Source of the DNA: Bdellovibrionales bacterium
Lineage (GTDB): Bacteria; Bdellovibrionota; Bdellovibrionia; Bdellovibrionales; UBA1609
Assembly (NCBI GenBank): GCA_013216195.1
Contig: JABSOQ010000005.1
Coordinates: 1 to 58,644 of the forward strand
Reading direction: 5' to 3'
DNA length: 58,644 nt
Under the pieces are notes generated by a model. The model was not told the DNA's origin. It did no database searches and saw only the letters and a program-made list of their open reading frames with translations. Shown in pieces: positions 21,234 through 30,697 of this stretch. Positions within the stretch are counted from its first letter, which is position 1. Every line of letters starts with the position of its first letter. Position numbers and translations under genes: made by a program.

Positions 21234-21863
21234 TTAGTTACCCTCTCCGCATCTCTTAACAATGCCTTCAATCGAATCTTTAGTGATCACGGCTTTGTCG
21301 TACTTCAAAAGATCAAACACGTTCAAACCATCAATTGAATAGTAGCGAACCTTGTTGATGTTTTGACTTGCTCTTTCAAATAGCTTGTCGCTTTGAGCGT
21401 CTATCAGAACAGCCTTTTCAGCACCTAAAGACTTCAAACGACCGGCAAGCTCTTTTGTTTTGCCGTCAGCTGATTTCATATCTTCAACAACTACTAGTTT
21501 TGATTCAGCAACCAAGTAAGAAAGAGCAGACCTTAGGCCCATCTTTTTCACTTTCTTCGGAATCTTAAATGAGTAGTCACGAGGAGTAGGACCAAAAATC
21601 ACTGCACCTGACTCCATCAAAGGTGAACGAGATGAACCCTGACGAGCGTTACCAGTACCTTTTTGCTTAAATGGCTTCTTACCACCACCGCTCACTTCGC
21701 CGCGAGTCTTCACTTTATGAGTACCCGCACGAGCAGATGCTCTCTGCCAGCGAACCATCTGATGAAGAATATCATCACGAACTGGAGCTTCGAAAACAGC
21801 TGGATCTAGATCAACAGAACCAACTTTCTTATTTTTCCAATCTACTACATCTACAGTCGCCAT
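21234..21863 (-). CDS. rplD: 50S ribosomal protein L4
   Basis: GGGKKPFKQKGTGNARQGS. 209 aa. Confidence 0.94.
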   Translation of the reverse strand: MATVDVVDWKNKKVGSVDLDPAVFEAPVRDDILHQMVRWQRASARAGTHKVKTRGEVSGGGKKPFKQKGTGNARQGSSRSPLMESGAVIFGPTPRDYSFKIPKKVKKMGLRSALSYLVAESKLVVVEDMKSADGKTKELAGRLKSLGAEKAVLIDAQSDKLFERASQNINKVRYYSIDGLNVFDLLKYDKAVITKDSIEGIVKRCGEGN

Positions 21864-21865
21864 AA

Positions 21866-22597
21866 CTACGCCTTCATCAATCTAACGATAGAGTTTCGTG
21901 AACCAGGCACAGGACCCTTCACCAAAACCACGTTTTCTTCTGGAATCACATCAACGATTTTCACGTTTTTAACTGTGGTTGTTTCGTTACCAAACTGACC
22001 ACCCATTTTTCGGCCCTTCATGACTCGACCAGGGAAAGTACAGTTACCAATAGAACCAGGAGCTCTGTGAGTCGCTTTACCACCATGAGAGGCTCGACCA
22101 CCACCGAAGTTCCATCTTTTGATTACACTTGAGAAACCGCGACCTTTTGATTTCGCAGTCATTTTGACAGTGTCACCTTTCGCAAGGCTGTCGATCTCAA
22201 CCTTTTGGCCAACAACGATACCCTCTGGAAGTGACTGACGAATTTCTCTAACAAACTTAGCCCCATGTTCGAAGCTAGTGTTTTTGAGGTGCCCTTTTTG
22301 GGCAGCAGAAGTTCTAGCTGGCTTTTTAGGATCACAAGCCACTTGAACCGCTTCATAGCCGTCTTTGTCTTTAGTCTTCAGCTGAGACACCACCCAGGGC
22401 TTATACTGAAGAACAGTTACAGGAACCGAAGCTCCTTTTTCATCGAATACTGAAGACATACCGACTTTGAACGCATACAGACCATCTAACTTTACAGAGT
22501 TTTGGTCTTTTGCAGGTGCTTCAGCTTGTTGCTGATCTTCTGCAGTCTCTGCGCTTTCGGCACCTTCGCCTTGTGCTTGAACTTCTTCTTCGCTCAT
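21866..22597 (-). CDS. rplC: 50S ribosomal protein L3 with acidic N-terminal extension
   Basis: The L3 core starts around LDGLYAFKVGMSSVFDEKG, with FPGRVMKGRKMGGQFGNE further in. It is preceded by about 37 aa, MSEEEVQAQGEGAESAETAEDQQQAEAPAKDQNS. ATG at 22597 has GAGAGG 9 nt upstream, and there is no ATG/GTG/TTG near the core start. Confidence 0.93.
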   Translation of the reverse strand: MSEEEVQAQGEGAESAETAEDQQQAEAPAKDQNSVKLDGLYAFKVGMSSVFDEKGASVPVTVLQYKPWVVSQLKTKDKDGYEAVQVACDPKKPARTSAAQKGHLKNTSFEHGAKFVREIRQSLPEGIVVGQKVEIDSLAKGDTVKMTAKSKGRGFSSVIKRWNFGGGRASHGGKATHRAPGSIGNCTFPGRVMKGRKMGGQFGNETTTVKNVKIVDVIPEENVVLVKGPVPGSRNSIVRLMKA

Positions 22598-22612
22598 TAC
22601 TTAAAACCTCTC

Positions 22613-22930
22613 TTATTCAGCAGAAAGCTTAATTTCAACATCAACGCCCGCAGAAAGGTCCAACTTCATAAGTTGGTCGATTGTCTGCTGAGTGGGCTCT
22701 AAAATATCTAGTAGTCTTTTGTGAGTTCGAACTTCGAACTGCTCTCTAGACTTTTTATCAACGTGAGGAGAACGCAAAATCGTGTACTTGTTGATTCTAG
22801 TTGGCAAAGGAATCGGACCCGCAATGTTTGCGCCTGTACGTCTTGCCGTTTCGACGATTTCTTTGGTCGATTGATCAAGAAGTTTATGATCAAACGCTCG
22901 CAATCGAATTCTAATTTTTTGGCTTTGCAT
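22613..22930 (-). CDS. rpsJ: 30S ribosomal protein S10
   Basis: [21 protein letters not shown]. First gene of the S10 operon. Confidence 0.96.
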   Translation of the reverse strand: MQSQKIRIRLRAFDHKLLDQSTKEIVETARRTGANIAGPIPLPTRINKYTILRSPHVDKKSREQFEVRTHKRLLDILEPTQQTIDQLMKLDLSAGVDVEIKLSAE

Positions 22931-23133
22931 GCTCTTCTCGCTTATCTGTCTTCATTCGTTTTTTACTTTGCTGCTTTGATTTTCTCTTGTCTTTTCAGCA
23001 CCTTACAGCCCCTCGAGAAGACAATAGACCACCGTTCTTAAAAGTCATTACCAGCTAGTTTCACCTGTCATTTCAATACTTTAGGCGACTTTTCTGCTTA
23101 AGACTTAAGATCACACAGCGTTACAAGGCGCTG

Positions 23134-23163
23134 AGTATGCACAAACGTGATCTGCTTTGTCAA
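23134..23163 (-). promoter_or_regulatory. Candidate sigma70-type promoter of the S10 operon
   Basis: The minus strand reads TTGACA (23163-23158), an 18-nt spacer, then CATACT (23139-23134). This would give a leader of about 195 nt before rpsJ. By-eye match only. Confidence 0.3.
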
Positions 23164-23381
23164 ACCGGAAAGAAAAGAATATCCGAATTGGCCGAACTTC
23201 GTCTGAATCTATAGTTCGCCAACCCCATTGGGTTTTAGAGAAGCCTCATCGACCCGCAAACTCGAAGTGCATCTTATATATAGATGCAGCAAAGGTCATG
23301 TTTTGTCCCTTAGCTGTAATCTCTTCAGAGCTTCAAGAGGTCCGGGTCCGTTGATTTTTGTCTCGCAGATCTCTAAGCTGA

Positions 23382-24206
23382 TTGAGAGGGCTTGTGGAGA
23401 AAATTGTGAGAGATTCTGAACACATAAAGACTGTCGCCGATACCTGGCAAGAGCACTGGAAGAATTCAGACATGGCACCAGACTCCAGCCGGCAGGGCAG
23501 GTTTCTTCGCTGGTATATCTCGAAATTTGGGGGCTTTGCCATAAACCGACTGGTTTTGACTGTGCTCGAGAAGCAACTCGGCTCACCTAAAGGCAAATCG
23601 ATCTTAGATGCTGGCTGTGGCACTGGGCTCAACTCACTCCCCTTAGCAGCCCGAGGCGCTGAGGTCACTCTACTCGATATTGCTCCTGAGGCTCTGAACA
23701 TTGCCGAGACCTACTACCAAGAGCTCGAGTTAAAGGCCAACTATGTCTCTGGCTCAATCTTTGAGATGCCCTTTGAAGATGGCGAGTTCGACCTCGTCTG
23801 GAACACTGGGGTCATCGAACATTTTGAGCCTCGAGAAAGAAAGCAAGCGGTCAGTGAGATGCTTCGGGTGATGAAGCCAGGTGGCTTTATGATCACATTC
23901 AATCCGAACGCCTCTGCCCCAGTTTACCAAAGAGCCAAGGCCAAAGCTGAAGCCAGAGGCACCTGGGATGTTGGCTTTGAACTCCCCATTGAGACCTTGA
24001 GCGCAGATGTGAGCCCCGATGAGTACGAAGTCACAGAGTGGTCTCTTGGTTGGTTCTTTCAGTATCAGTTTTATAAGTATTTGATTCCATCAGCACTTAA
24101 AATACCTTTCGTGGCGACCCATGAAGTGACCCAAAGCCTACTGCCTTTTCTGAATCGGCCAGAAGGCTACTTTTTGGTCTCTCTGATTCGCAAAAAGCAG
24201 AAATAA
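23382..24206 (+). CDS. Class I SAM-dependent methyltransferase
   Basis: Motif I ILDAGCGTGLNSLPLAARGAEVTLLDI, then FDLVWNTGVIEHF and MKPGGFMI. The start is uncertain: TTG at 23382, or GTG at 23406 which follows GGAGA. Confidence 0.8.
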   Translation: MRGLVEKIVRDSEHIKTVADTWQEHWKNSDMAPDSSRQGRFLRWYISKFGGFAINRLVLTVLEKQLGSPKGKSILDAGCGTGLNSLPLAARGAEVTLLDIAPEALNIAETYYQELELKANYVSGSIFEMPFEDGEFDLVWNTGVIEHFEPRERKQAVSEMLRVMKPGGFMITFNPNASAPVYQRAKAKAEARGTWDVGFELPIETLSADVSPDEYEVTEWSLGWFFQYQFYKYLIPSALKIPFVATHEVTQSLLPFLNRPEGYFLVSLIRKKQK

Positions 24207-24294
24207 AGGGCTTATGGAAGAAAAGTATCTCATAGGGCCAAATGGCTCGTTTTGGTTATTCGATAAGTGTTTCAGGGAGTGAGACCAAGAACTG

Positions 24295-25332
24295 ATGGCA
24301 AATGACATCACAATGCAGATTCCAATCTACCATTCACCTCAGTCTGTGGCGCCGCTGCTAGATTCGCTGAAGAGCTCAGGCCTAGCCGATCACTTGAGCA
24401 AGATACTATTTGTTAACGATGCCTCTACCGACAACACACTTGAAGTGTTGCAAGATCAGAAATCAACTCATGCACTCGCTGAAAAGATCGAGATTATCAA
24501 TTTGCCCAACAATATGGGCCGCTACTACGTTAACGTTGAGGGTGTAAAGGCTTTTGATACTCAACACTTGATCCTGACAAACTGCCGCGCGCAGTTTCAA
24601 CCCGGGTTTGAAAAAGTCATTGCAGAGATCACTCTGCGGCCAGGACTATACAGCGGAAGCTTATTCATAGACACCAACCAAAGCATCTACAATCTGCATT
24701 GGGAAAGGCTTCACCGGCTGATTTACAAGCACATTTTTGAGGCCTATGAAAATGGCCCGTTTCAAATCACCGAAAACAACATGGCAAGCTACTTAATCGG
24801 GGCAACCGTTTACCTCTGCCCCACTGAGGCGTACCGAAAGACAACCAAGCTGATGCCACCAGGCGATGTCAAAGGCGACGACACAACCTTCTTGAAAAAT
24901 ATGATGCAAGTTTGCCCAGTCTTTCTAGATGGCCGCTTGGCCATCAAATGGGAGCCGAGACAATCGCTTTGGTCTTACGTTTATCATTTCTATGAGCGCA
25001 GCCCCAACTTCGTCGAGTATCATGTGCTCACCAAGAGAACATTTCTTTTTGGGCCCTTCTTGCTCGGACTAATTGTTAGCCTCACCACTCTAGCAGCATT
25101 AGCTCTTTCACCGAAGCTTGGGGCACTCATTATAGCAACTGAGGTCGTAGCCATTGCAGCCTCAACTCTACTTATCGCAAAATCTCCAATTGAATTTGTG
25201 AAAATGGTTTGGCTACACACAGCCTGCATTCTGTTTTTTGGGTTCGGAGTTTTGATCGCCTTCACCACCCAGTCGGCAACTCGGCTGTTCACAACCGCCC
25301 CCTCTCACACAAAAGAGGAGCCCCATGAGTAA
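24295..25332 (+). CDS. Family 2 glycosyltransferase with C-terminal membrane helices
   Basis: IPIYHSPQSV...ILFVNDASTDNTLEVL matches the GT2 N-terminal pattern (IPxYN ... DDGSTD). Hydrophobic C-terminus FLLGLIVSLTTLAALAL... Confidence 0.7.
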   Translation: MANDITMQIPIYHSPQSVAPLLDSLKSSGLADHLSKILFVNDASTDNTLEVLQDQKSTHALAEKIEIINLPNNMGRYYVNVEGVKAFDTQHLILTNCRAQFQPGFEKVIAEITLRPGLYSGSLFIDTNQSIYNLHWERLHRLIYKHIFEAYENGPFQITENNMASYLIGATVYLCPTEAYRKTTKLMPPGDVKGDDTTFLKNMMQVCPVFLDGRLAIKWEPRQSLWSYVYHFYERSPNFVEYHVLTKRTFLFGPFLLGLIVSLTTLAALALSPKLGALIIATEVVAIAASTLLIAKSPIEFVKMVWLHTACILFFGFGVLIAFTTQSATRLFTTAPSHTKEEPHE

Positions 25333-26347
25333 ATTGAACAACCTCGGTGAAAACCTAATCTTTATTTTCGGCATACCTAGGTCAGGCACCACGCTGTTGC
25401 AGCTGATGCTTTCGGCACACAGCCGAGTCTCGACGCTACCAGAGCACTCGCTCACTCTACCGATTAAATATCTCGGGTACTACGCGACACCCGTTCAGGC
25501 CCATTACCCTATCTCAATTACCTCACTTGGCATTCAAGAACTAGTTAAACAGTTACCTCAGGGCGAGGAGGATTACCTTGAAGCTCTTAGAGCTTACTGC
25601 AACACGCTTTACGAAAAAAGCCTGTCTCGTGACGAGAAAGCCGACCTCTTGCTTGATAAGACTTTTTACTTTCACTGGAGGTTTCTAACGAAACTCTACC
25701 CGAAAGCAAAGTATATCGTTTTGTCTCGAAACCCACTTGCCATACTCGACTCTATCTCCAGCTCGTTTTTTGCCGGCAGCTACAAAGAGACCGTTCGTAC
25801 CGGTAAAGACATTCAAAATGACTTGCCTATTCTAGCCGACTTTTTGAATCAAAACGATGTGGCCTCTCTTCACGTGAGATACGAAGACCTTGTCACAAGC
25901 CCTGAGGCCGAGGCCTCTCGCATATTGAAGTTTGCGGGAATCGATTTCGAGAATGGCGTTGTGAATTACGGAGACAGCGTAGAGAAAGAGTTTCGCCTAG
26001 GTGACCCCATTCAAGCCTTTAAGGCTAAGGCTCCAAATACCGAGTCTTTAGATCGCTGGAAAAATGAACTGACAGCGAACCCACAAAAGGTCATTTACGC
26101 AAACGAGCTCTTAAGCGAGCTCTCAAAAGAAGACGTGAAAACCTTTGGGTACGACCTCTCTGAGCTAAAACAAGAGCTCTCGGCAATCAAAGGTGCTCGC
26201 AGTTGGTTTCGCTTCGAAAGCCGACTTCTTCGTGTTCGGCCCTGGGTGTGGATAGTTCTTTTGAAACTCATGAAACTCTCGAGCTTTAAGTCACTCATTA
26301 AAGCCATGCGCTACTACTCGACACTGTTGCTCGAGAAAGACATTTAA
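25325..26347 (+). CDS. Sulfotransferase family protein
   Basis: PAPS 5-prime phosphosulfate-binding loop IFGIPRSGTTLLQLML. 3-prime phosphate-binding-like segment YIVLSRNPLAILDS. Overlaps the GT2 gene by 8 nt. Confidence 0.7.
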   Translation: MSKLNNLGENLIFIFGIPRSGTTLLQLMLSAHSRVSTLPEHSLTLPIKYLGYYATPVQAHYPISITSLGIQELVKQLPQGEEDYLEALRAYCNTLYEKSLSRDEKADLLLDKTFYFHWRFLTKLYPKAKYIVLSRNPLAILDSISSSFFAGSYKETVRTGKDIQNDLPILADFLNQNDVASLHVRYEDLVTSPEAEASRILKFAGIDFENGVVNYGDSVEKEFRLGDPIQAFKAKAPNTESLDRWKNELTANPQKVIYANELLSELSKEDVKTFGYDLSELKQELSAIKGARSWFRFESRLLRVRPWVWIVLLKLMKLSSFKSLIKAMRYYSTLLLEKDI

Positions 26348-26372
26348 CAACCCGAATTAAAAATGAAAACTG

Positions 26373-27233
26373 TCAGATCTTGCAGGTCGCGTAGAGCTCA
26401 GCACAGTTTTCGCCAAACTGATCTGACAACTTGAAATACCCCTCGAGAACCTCTTCATCAAACTCGAGCATTTGCGAGTTAGATAAAGGCTTAACGAATG
26501 AGCCCGAGAGGTGGTTCAACTTCAACCCAGAGTCTTGAATGTGATCTTTGAGCATGTCCTGGTCGTAGACTCTTAGGTGGCCAACATTTTGATCCCGTTC
26601 GGTCAATTCATCAGCCACAGCAATCATCCCCATAGCCACTCCGAGCAATCGATGCAAAGACTTGGCATTGGGAACAACAATATGCACCACTCCATCTGGC
26701 TTTAACCAATTCACACACGATTTCAGTAATGCCACTGGCTCTTGCATGTGCTCAAGGACCCTAGCCAAAATGATGTTGTCAAACTTAGTCTCAGTTTCGA
26801 AGTTCTCAAAAAGACAGCCGTGACAGGTCACGTTTGAGAATTTACCTTCAATGAGGTCGAGATTTTTTTGATTGCCTTCAACAACTGTAACCGAATCAAA
26901 AAAACTGGCCAGTTGTTCGGTCATCAAACCCTCTGAACTACCAAGCTCTAGACAAGTGCCTTTATTCGACTTTTCTTGAATTCGGCGCCAGCTGTATTCA
27001 ATTAGGTAGCGATCGAAGTCTTGTCTACTGTCATAAAACTCAGCAGCTTTATCGACTCTGCCTTGTATATCTGTTGAATCTCCCACCCCAACTACCTCTC
27101 TGGTGCTACCTGTATCATAGTACAGGTAGCCAAAACTCACATGCAAAACCTCAAACAATGACTCGCCTTTGGTCAACTTTTCGGCAGATAGATAACAGGT
27201 CCAGCAAGCTGTTTGTCGAAAACTCCTTAACAC
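26373..27233 (-). CDS. Class I SAM-dependent methyltransferase
   Basis: CLELGSSEGLMTEQLA...VTVVEGN (motif I-like) and LKPDGVVHIVVPN. The start may instead be GTG at 27086 (GAGAGG 9 nt upstream), giving 237 aa. The track maximum is 27233. Confidence 0.7.
   Translation of the reverse strand: MLRSFRQTACWTCYLSAEKLTKGESLFEVLHVSFGYLYYDTGSTREVVGVGDSTDIQGRVDKAAEFYDSRQDFDRYLIEYSWRRIQEKSNKGTCLELGSSEGLMTEQLASFFDSVTVVEGNQKNLDLIEGKFSNVTCHGCLFENFETETKFDNIILARVLEHMQEPVALLKSCVNWLKPDGVVHIVVPNAKSLHRLLGVAMGMIAVADELTERDQNVGHLRVYDQDMLKDHIQDSGLKLNHLSGSFVKPLSNSQMLEFDEEVLEGYFKLSDQFGENCAELYATCKI
27105..27130. promoter_or_regulatory. Perfect 10-bp inverted repeat in the divergent region between the methyltransferase and dehydrogenase genes
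   Basis: GCTACCTGTA tcatag TACAGGTAGC. It lies 19 nt upstream of the alternative GTG start (27086) of the minus-strand methyltransferase. It could be an operator or a 5-prime UTR stem-loop. Confidence 0.3.
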
Positions 27234-27324
27234 TAGCCCTGGGTAAGCAGCATTTCTCGTCTTAGACTGATAAACTAAAAAGGTGAGCTCGAGCTTAATT
27301 CGGGGCTTTTCAGGGAGTGAACAG

Positions 27325-28371
27325 ATGGTAAAGATGGGTTTGATTGGCTACGGTTATTGGGGCAAAAACTTGCTACGTAACATGATGTCGAGTCAAAAGA
27401 TTGAGGTCGTAGGAGTTATCGATAACGACCCCAACCATCGAAGCCTAGCTCAGCACACTTACCCTGGCTTGAAAACTTACAACTCTGTCGAAGAATTAAC
27501 ACAGGCAGAGGAGCTAGAAGCCATGGTAATCGCCACCCCTCCCGCCTCACATAAACACGTCGCTGTAGAATGCTTAGAGAAGGGCTTGCATGTTCTCGTC
27601 GAAAAACCCCTAGCACTGTCTACTGAGGAGTGTGTCGAGATTTTGCAAACAGCTGAAAAGGTCGGCAAAAACGTAATGGTCGACCACACTTTTGTTTACA
27701 ACTCCCCGGTGATTCACTTGCAAGAGCAGATCAACAAAGGGGAACTTGGCGATTTGTTGTATTACGATTCTGTACGAGTCAATTTAGGTGGCTTTCAACC
27801 TCAAGTGAATGTGCTCTGGGATCTTGCACCTCACGATCTCAGTATTGTGCATTTTTGGTCTGGTGGCAAAATGCCAGAAATGGTTCAAGCAACGGGCATA
27901 AAACACTTCGGCTCGTCGACAGAAAACATGTGCTACGTGAATATGAAGTACAATGACAGCTTCAACGCTCACCTGCACCTCAATTGGGCAGCGCCATTCA
28001 AGAGCCGTCAAGTTATCATAGCTGGCGACAAAAAGATGGCTGTCTATGATGACACCCAACCCATGGAAAAAATCAAAATCTACGACAAAACCGTGCAACT
28101 GGATCAAGCAGACGACACTGACTTTCGCGTCAACTACCGAGTCGGCTCAATGTTTGCGCCTGCAATAAAAAACAAAGAGGCCCTACTCGCAATGGTCGAG
28201 GAGTTCGCAGCTAGTATAACTGAGAAAAGACAACCACTCACCGACGGCATAGCTGGTGCTCAGGTGGTGCAGATACTAGAGGCGCTGTCAAAGAGCTTGG
28301 CAAATGATGGTAGACCTGTCGACATTCAAAACCGCTTTGACACCCAAAATTGGGTCGCAAAAACAGCCTAG
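27325..28371 (+). CDS. Gfo/Idh/MocA-family NAD-dependent sugar dehydrogenase (WbpB/GnnA-like)
   Basis: Rossmann motif KMGLIGYGYWGKNLL and the family-typical EKPLALSTEE. ATG at 27325 follows AGGGAG. Confidence 0.8.
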   Translation: MVKMGLIGYGYWGKNLLRNMMSSQKIEVVGVIDNDPNHRSLAQHTYPGLKTYNSVEELTQAEELEAMVIATPPASHKHVAVECLEKGLHVLVEKPLALSTEECVEILQTAEKVGKNVMVDHTFVYNSPVIHLQEQINKGELGDLLYYDSVRVNLGGFQPQVNVLWDLAPHDLSIVHFWSGGKMPEMVQATGIKHFGSSTENMCYVNMKYNDSFNAHLHLNWAAPFKSRQVIIAGDKKMAVYDDTQPMEKIKIYDKTVQLDQADDTDFRVNYRVGSMFAPAIKNKEALLAMVEEFAASITEKRQPLTDGIAGAQVVQILEALSKSLANDGRPVDIQNRFDTQNWVAKTA

Positions 28372-28392
28372 CACCAGGGTTACAAACAATAG

Positions 28393-29499
28393 CTAGAAGA
28401 ACTTCTTGATTGAATCAGCTACGTGCTGTTGCTGCTCTTCTGTGATTTCTGGAAACATTGGCAAAGAGAGAATTTGATGACTCAATTTCTCGGTCAGAGG
28501 GTAGGCTCCCTCTGAATAGCCTAGATTATTGTAGGCACCCTGAAGATGCCATGGCGTCGGATAGTGAATACCTGCCCCGACCCCGCACTCCTGCAAGTGT
28601 TTCTGAAGCTCATCTCGCTTCTCTGTTCGAATCACATAGAGATGAAACACATGCTGATTATCACCTGGAATATTCGGCAGTTGAATGCCCTCAATCCCCT
28701 CTAACAATTTGTGATATCTCTCAGCGGCTGCCTGCCGCCCCTCACTGAAAGCTTTGAGATTGCGCAACTTAATACGCAAGATCGCCGCTTGCATTGAATC
28801 CATACGAGAGTTGAAGCCTAAAATAGGATGGTGATACTTTTTTGGAGACCCATAGTTTCTGATCGACATAATTTTGTCTTTAAGCTCTTCATTATCAGTA
28901 ACCATCACACCAGCGTCTCCGAACGCCCCCAAGTTCTTACCTGGAAACAAACTGTAGCAGCCAATATCTCCAAAAGTACCGGTGCATTTACCGTTCCAGT
29001 GAGAGCCATGGCTCTGTGATGCATCTTCAATCACGATCAAGTTGTGCTTTTTCGCTAGTGACATCACCTCTTCCATGTTTTCGCTTCGGCCGTAGAGGTG
29101 AACTGGGCAGATTGCACGTGTCTTTGATGTGATGGCACTCTCGACTTTGTTGAGGTCCATCAAAAACGTGCTCTCATCAACTTCAACTGGCACAGGCACT
29201 CCACCAGCCATGGTCACACCAATCGGAGTCGCCACAAAAGTATGAGCTGGCACGATCACCTCTTCACCGGGCTTCAGATCAATAGCCCTGTAAGCGATAT
29301 GCAAAGCATCTGTACCGCTGCCTACTCCAACGCCATATTTGGCACCGACAAACTCTGCAAATTCTGACTCAAAAGCGCTAACAGCGGGGCCCAGCACAAA
29401 CTGGCAACTGTCTACGATAGACTCTACGGCTTGCATGATCTCAGTCTTCATTTTTTGCGTCTGATTAGGAAGATCTACGAATGGCACTTTCATGGGCAA
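28393..29499 (-). CDS. DegT/DnrJ/EryC1/StrS-family PLP-dependent sugar aminotransferase
   Basis: GSGTDALHIAYRA and YSLFPGKNLGAFGDAGVMVT (PLP lysine context). 368 aa. RBS GGAGG. Confidence 0.9.
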   Translation of the reverse strand: MPMKVPFVDLPNQTQKMKTEIMQAVESIVDSCQFVLGPAVSAFESEFAEFVGAKYGVGVGSGTDALHIAYRAIDLKPGEEVIVPAHTFVATPIGVTMAGGVPVPVEVDESTFLMDLNKVESAITSKTRAICPVHLYGRSENMEEVMSLAKKHNLIVIEDASQSHGSHWNGKCTGTFGDIGCYSLFPGKNLGAFGDAGVMVTDNEELKDKIMSIRNYGSPKKYHHPILGFNSRMDSMQAAILRIKLRNLKAFSEGRQAAAERYHKLLEGIEGIQLPNIPGDNQHVFHLYVIRTEKRDELQKHLQECGVGAGIHYPTPWHLQGAYNNLGYSEGAYPLTEKLSHQILSLPMFPEITEEQQQHVADSIKKFF

Positions 29500-29634
29500 C
29501 CTCCGGCTTATTTAGTTTAGGAAGCCCCCTACTACTCGTCTATGATTATTGGGGTACCACCCTAAACCCCGACAATTGTCTGATAGATTCCTGCAACAGC
29601 CTGATATAACATAGAATTTATCGAGAGGATCTGG

Positions 29635-30675
29635 ATGAGTCGACCCTTCCATGTGCTGATCACTGGCTCTGGCACCGTAACTTGTCAAAGCGTGATTAAG
29701 GCACTGAAAAATCAAAATCAAATCGATGTGCAAATCACAACTGTAGATATGAATGAGGATGCTGCTGGCAAGTTCTTAAGCGACTCTTTTCATATCGTGC
29801 CTGCTGCCAAAGACCCTAATTTTATTGTGAGAATGCTTGAGATTTGCTCTGCAGAAAAAGTTGATCTCGTTATACCTATAGTGGACTACGAGTTTACAGC
29901 CTTTGCTAAGCATCGTGAAGAGTTTGAAGAACAAGGCACCAAAGTGGCTATTTCGAGCCTAGAGACCATTGAGAACTGTAACGACAAATGGAAAACCAAC
30001 CAGTTCTTCAAAAGAATCGGAGTCGAGACTCCACAAAGCTATTTGCCAGAGTCATTACCATCGCAGCCTAGCTTTCCATTGTTTATCAAGCCGCAAGTTA
30101 TGGGCCGCTCCTCCATCGACTCTTTTAGGGTTAATAACGAAAACGAACTCTCGTTCTACCTTGAAAAGGTCGACAGACCCATCATTCAAGAGTGCTTTGA
30201 GGCTGAAGAGTTCACCGTGGATGTGCTCTGTGATTTCGACAGCAAAGCAGTAAATGCTGTACCAAGGCTTCGCATTGAAACCAAATCTGGAGTCTCTTAC
30301 AAAGGCAAAACGGTTCGAGATCAGTTACTCATTGAGCAGGCAGCTCAGATCGCAGAAGAGTTAAAGATCGTAGGCCCCTGCAACATTCAGTGCTTTCGCC
30401 TTAAAGACAAAGCGGTATTTTTTGAGGTGAATCCTAGATACTCGGGCACTCTTGCTCTCACTGTGGCCGCTGGCTTTAATAGCCCGGTTAAACTTTGCCA
30501 ACTCGCGCGCGGCGATAAAGTTGACATTAGCCTCGGCGACTTTCAGGACGGCGTCTTAATGCTCCGGTACTGGCAAGAGGTGTTCTCAAGCTCGACTCAT
30601 AATGAAGGCTACACAATGCTGTCAGGAATCGAACAAAGGCCACGACCAGAGGCTTTGAACTCAAAACCCAAATAA
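29635..30675 (+). CDS. ATP-grasp enzyme
   Basis: FPLFIKPQVMGRSS, IIQECFEAEEFTVDVLCD and FFEVNPRYSGTLAL match the ATP-grasp layout (E-x-N-P-R). RBS GAGAGGA. Confidence 0.7.
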   Translation: MSRPFHVLITGSGTVTCQSVIKALKNQNQIDVQITTVDMNEDAAGKFLSDSFHIVPAAKDPNFIVRMLEICSAEKVDLVIPIVDYEFTAFAKHREEFEEQGTKVAISSLETIENCNDKWKTNQFFKRIGVETPQSYLPESLPSQPSFPLFIKPQVMGRSSIDSFRVNNENELSFYLEKVDRPIIQECFEAEEFTVDVLCDFDSKAVNAVPRLRIETKSGVSYKGKTVRDQLLIEQAAQIAEELKIVGPCNIQCFRLKDKAVFFEVNPRYSGTLALTVAAGFNSPVKLCQLARGDKVDISLGDFQDGVLMLRYWQEVFSSSTHNEGYTMLSGIEQRPRPEALNSKPK

Positions 30676-30697
30676 GGGGCATCATCAGGAGAAGGTC

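Noticed and set aside
22931-23381. Possible tuf remnant or tRNA genes upstream of rpsJ
   Set aside because: No frame gives EF-Tu-like sequence (no GHVDHGKT or DxPGH). I found no T-loop-like GGTTCGAATCC or cloverleaf-like segment, only short hairpins such as GCATCT-tatatat-AGATGC.
23296-23701. Two overlapping minus-strand ORFs of 96 and 122 aa
   Set aside because: They overlap the plus-strand methyltransferase, which has clear SAM-binding motifs, and show no motifs of their own.
25213-25455. 80-aa minus-strand ORF across the GT2/sulfotransferase junction
   Set aside because: It is antisense to two motif-supported genes that overlap by 8 nt, and has no independent support.
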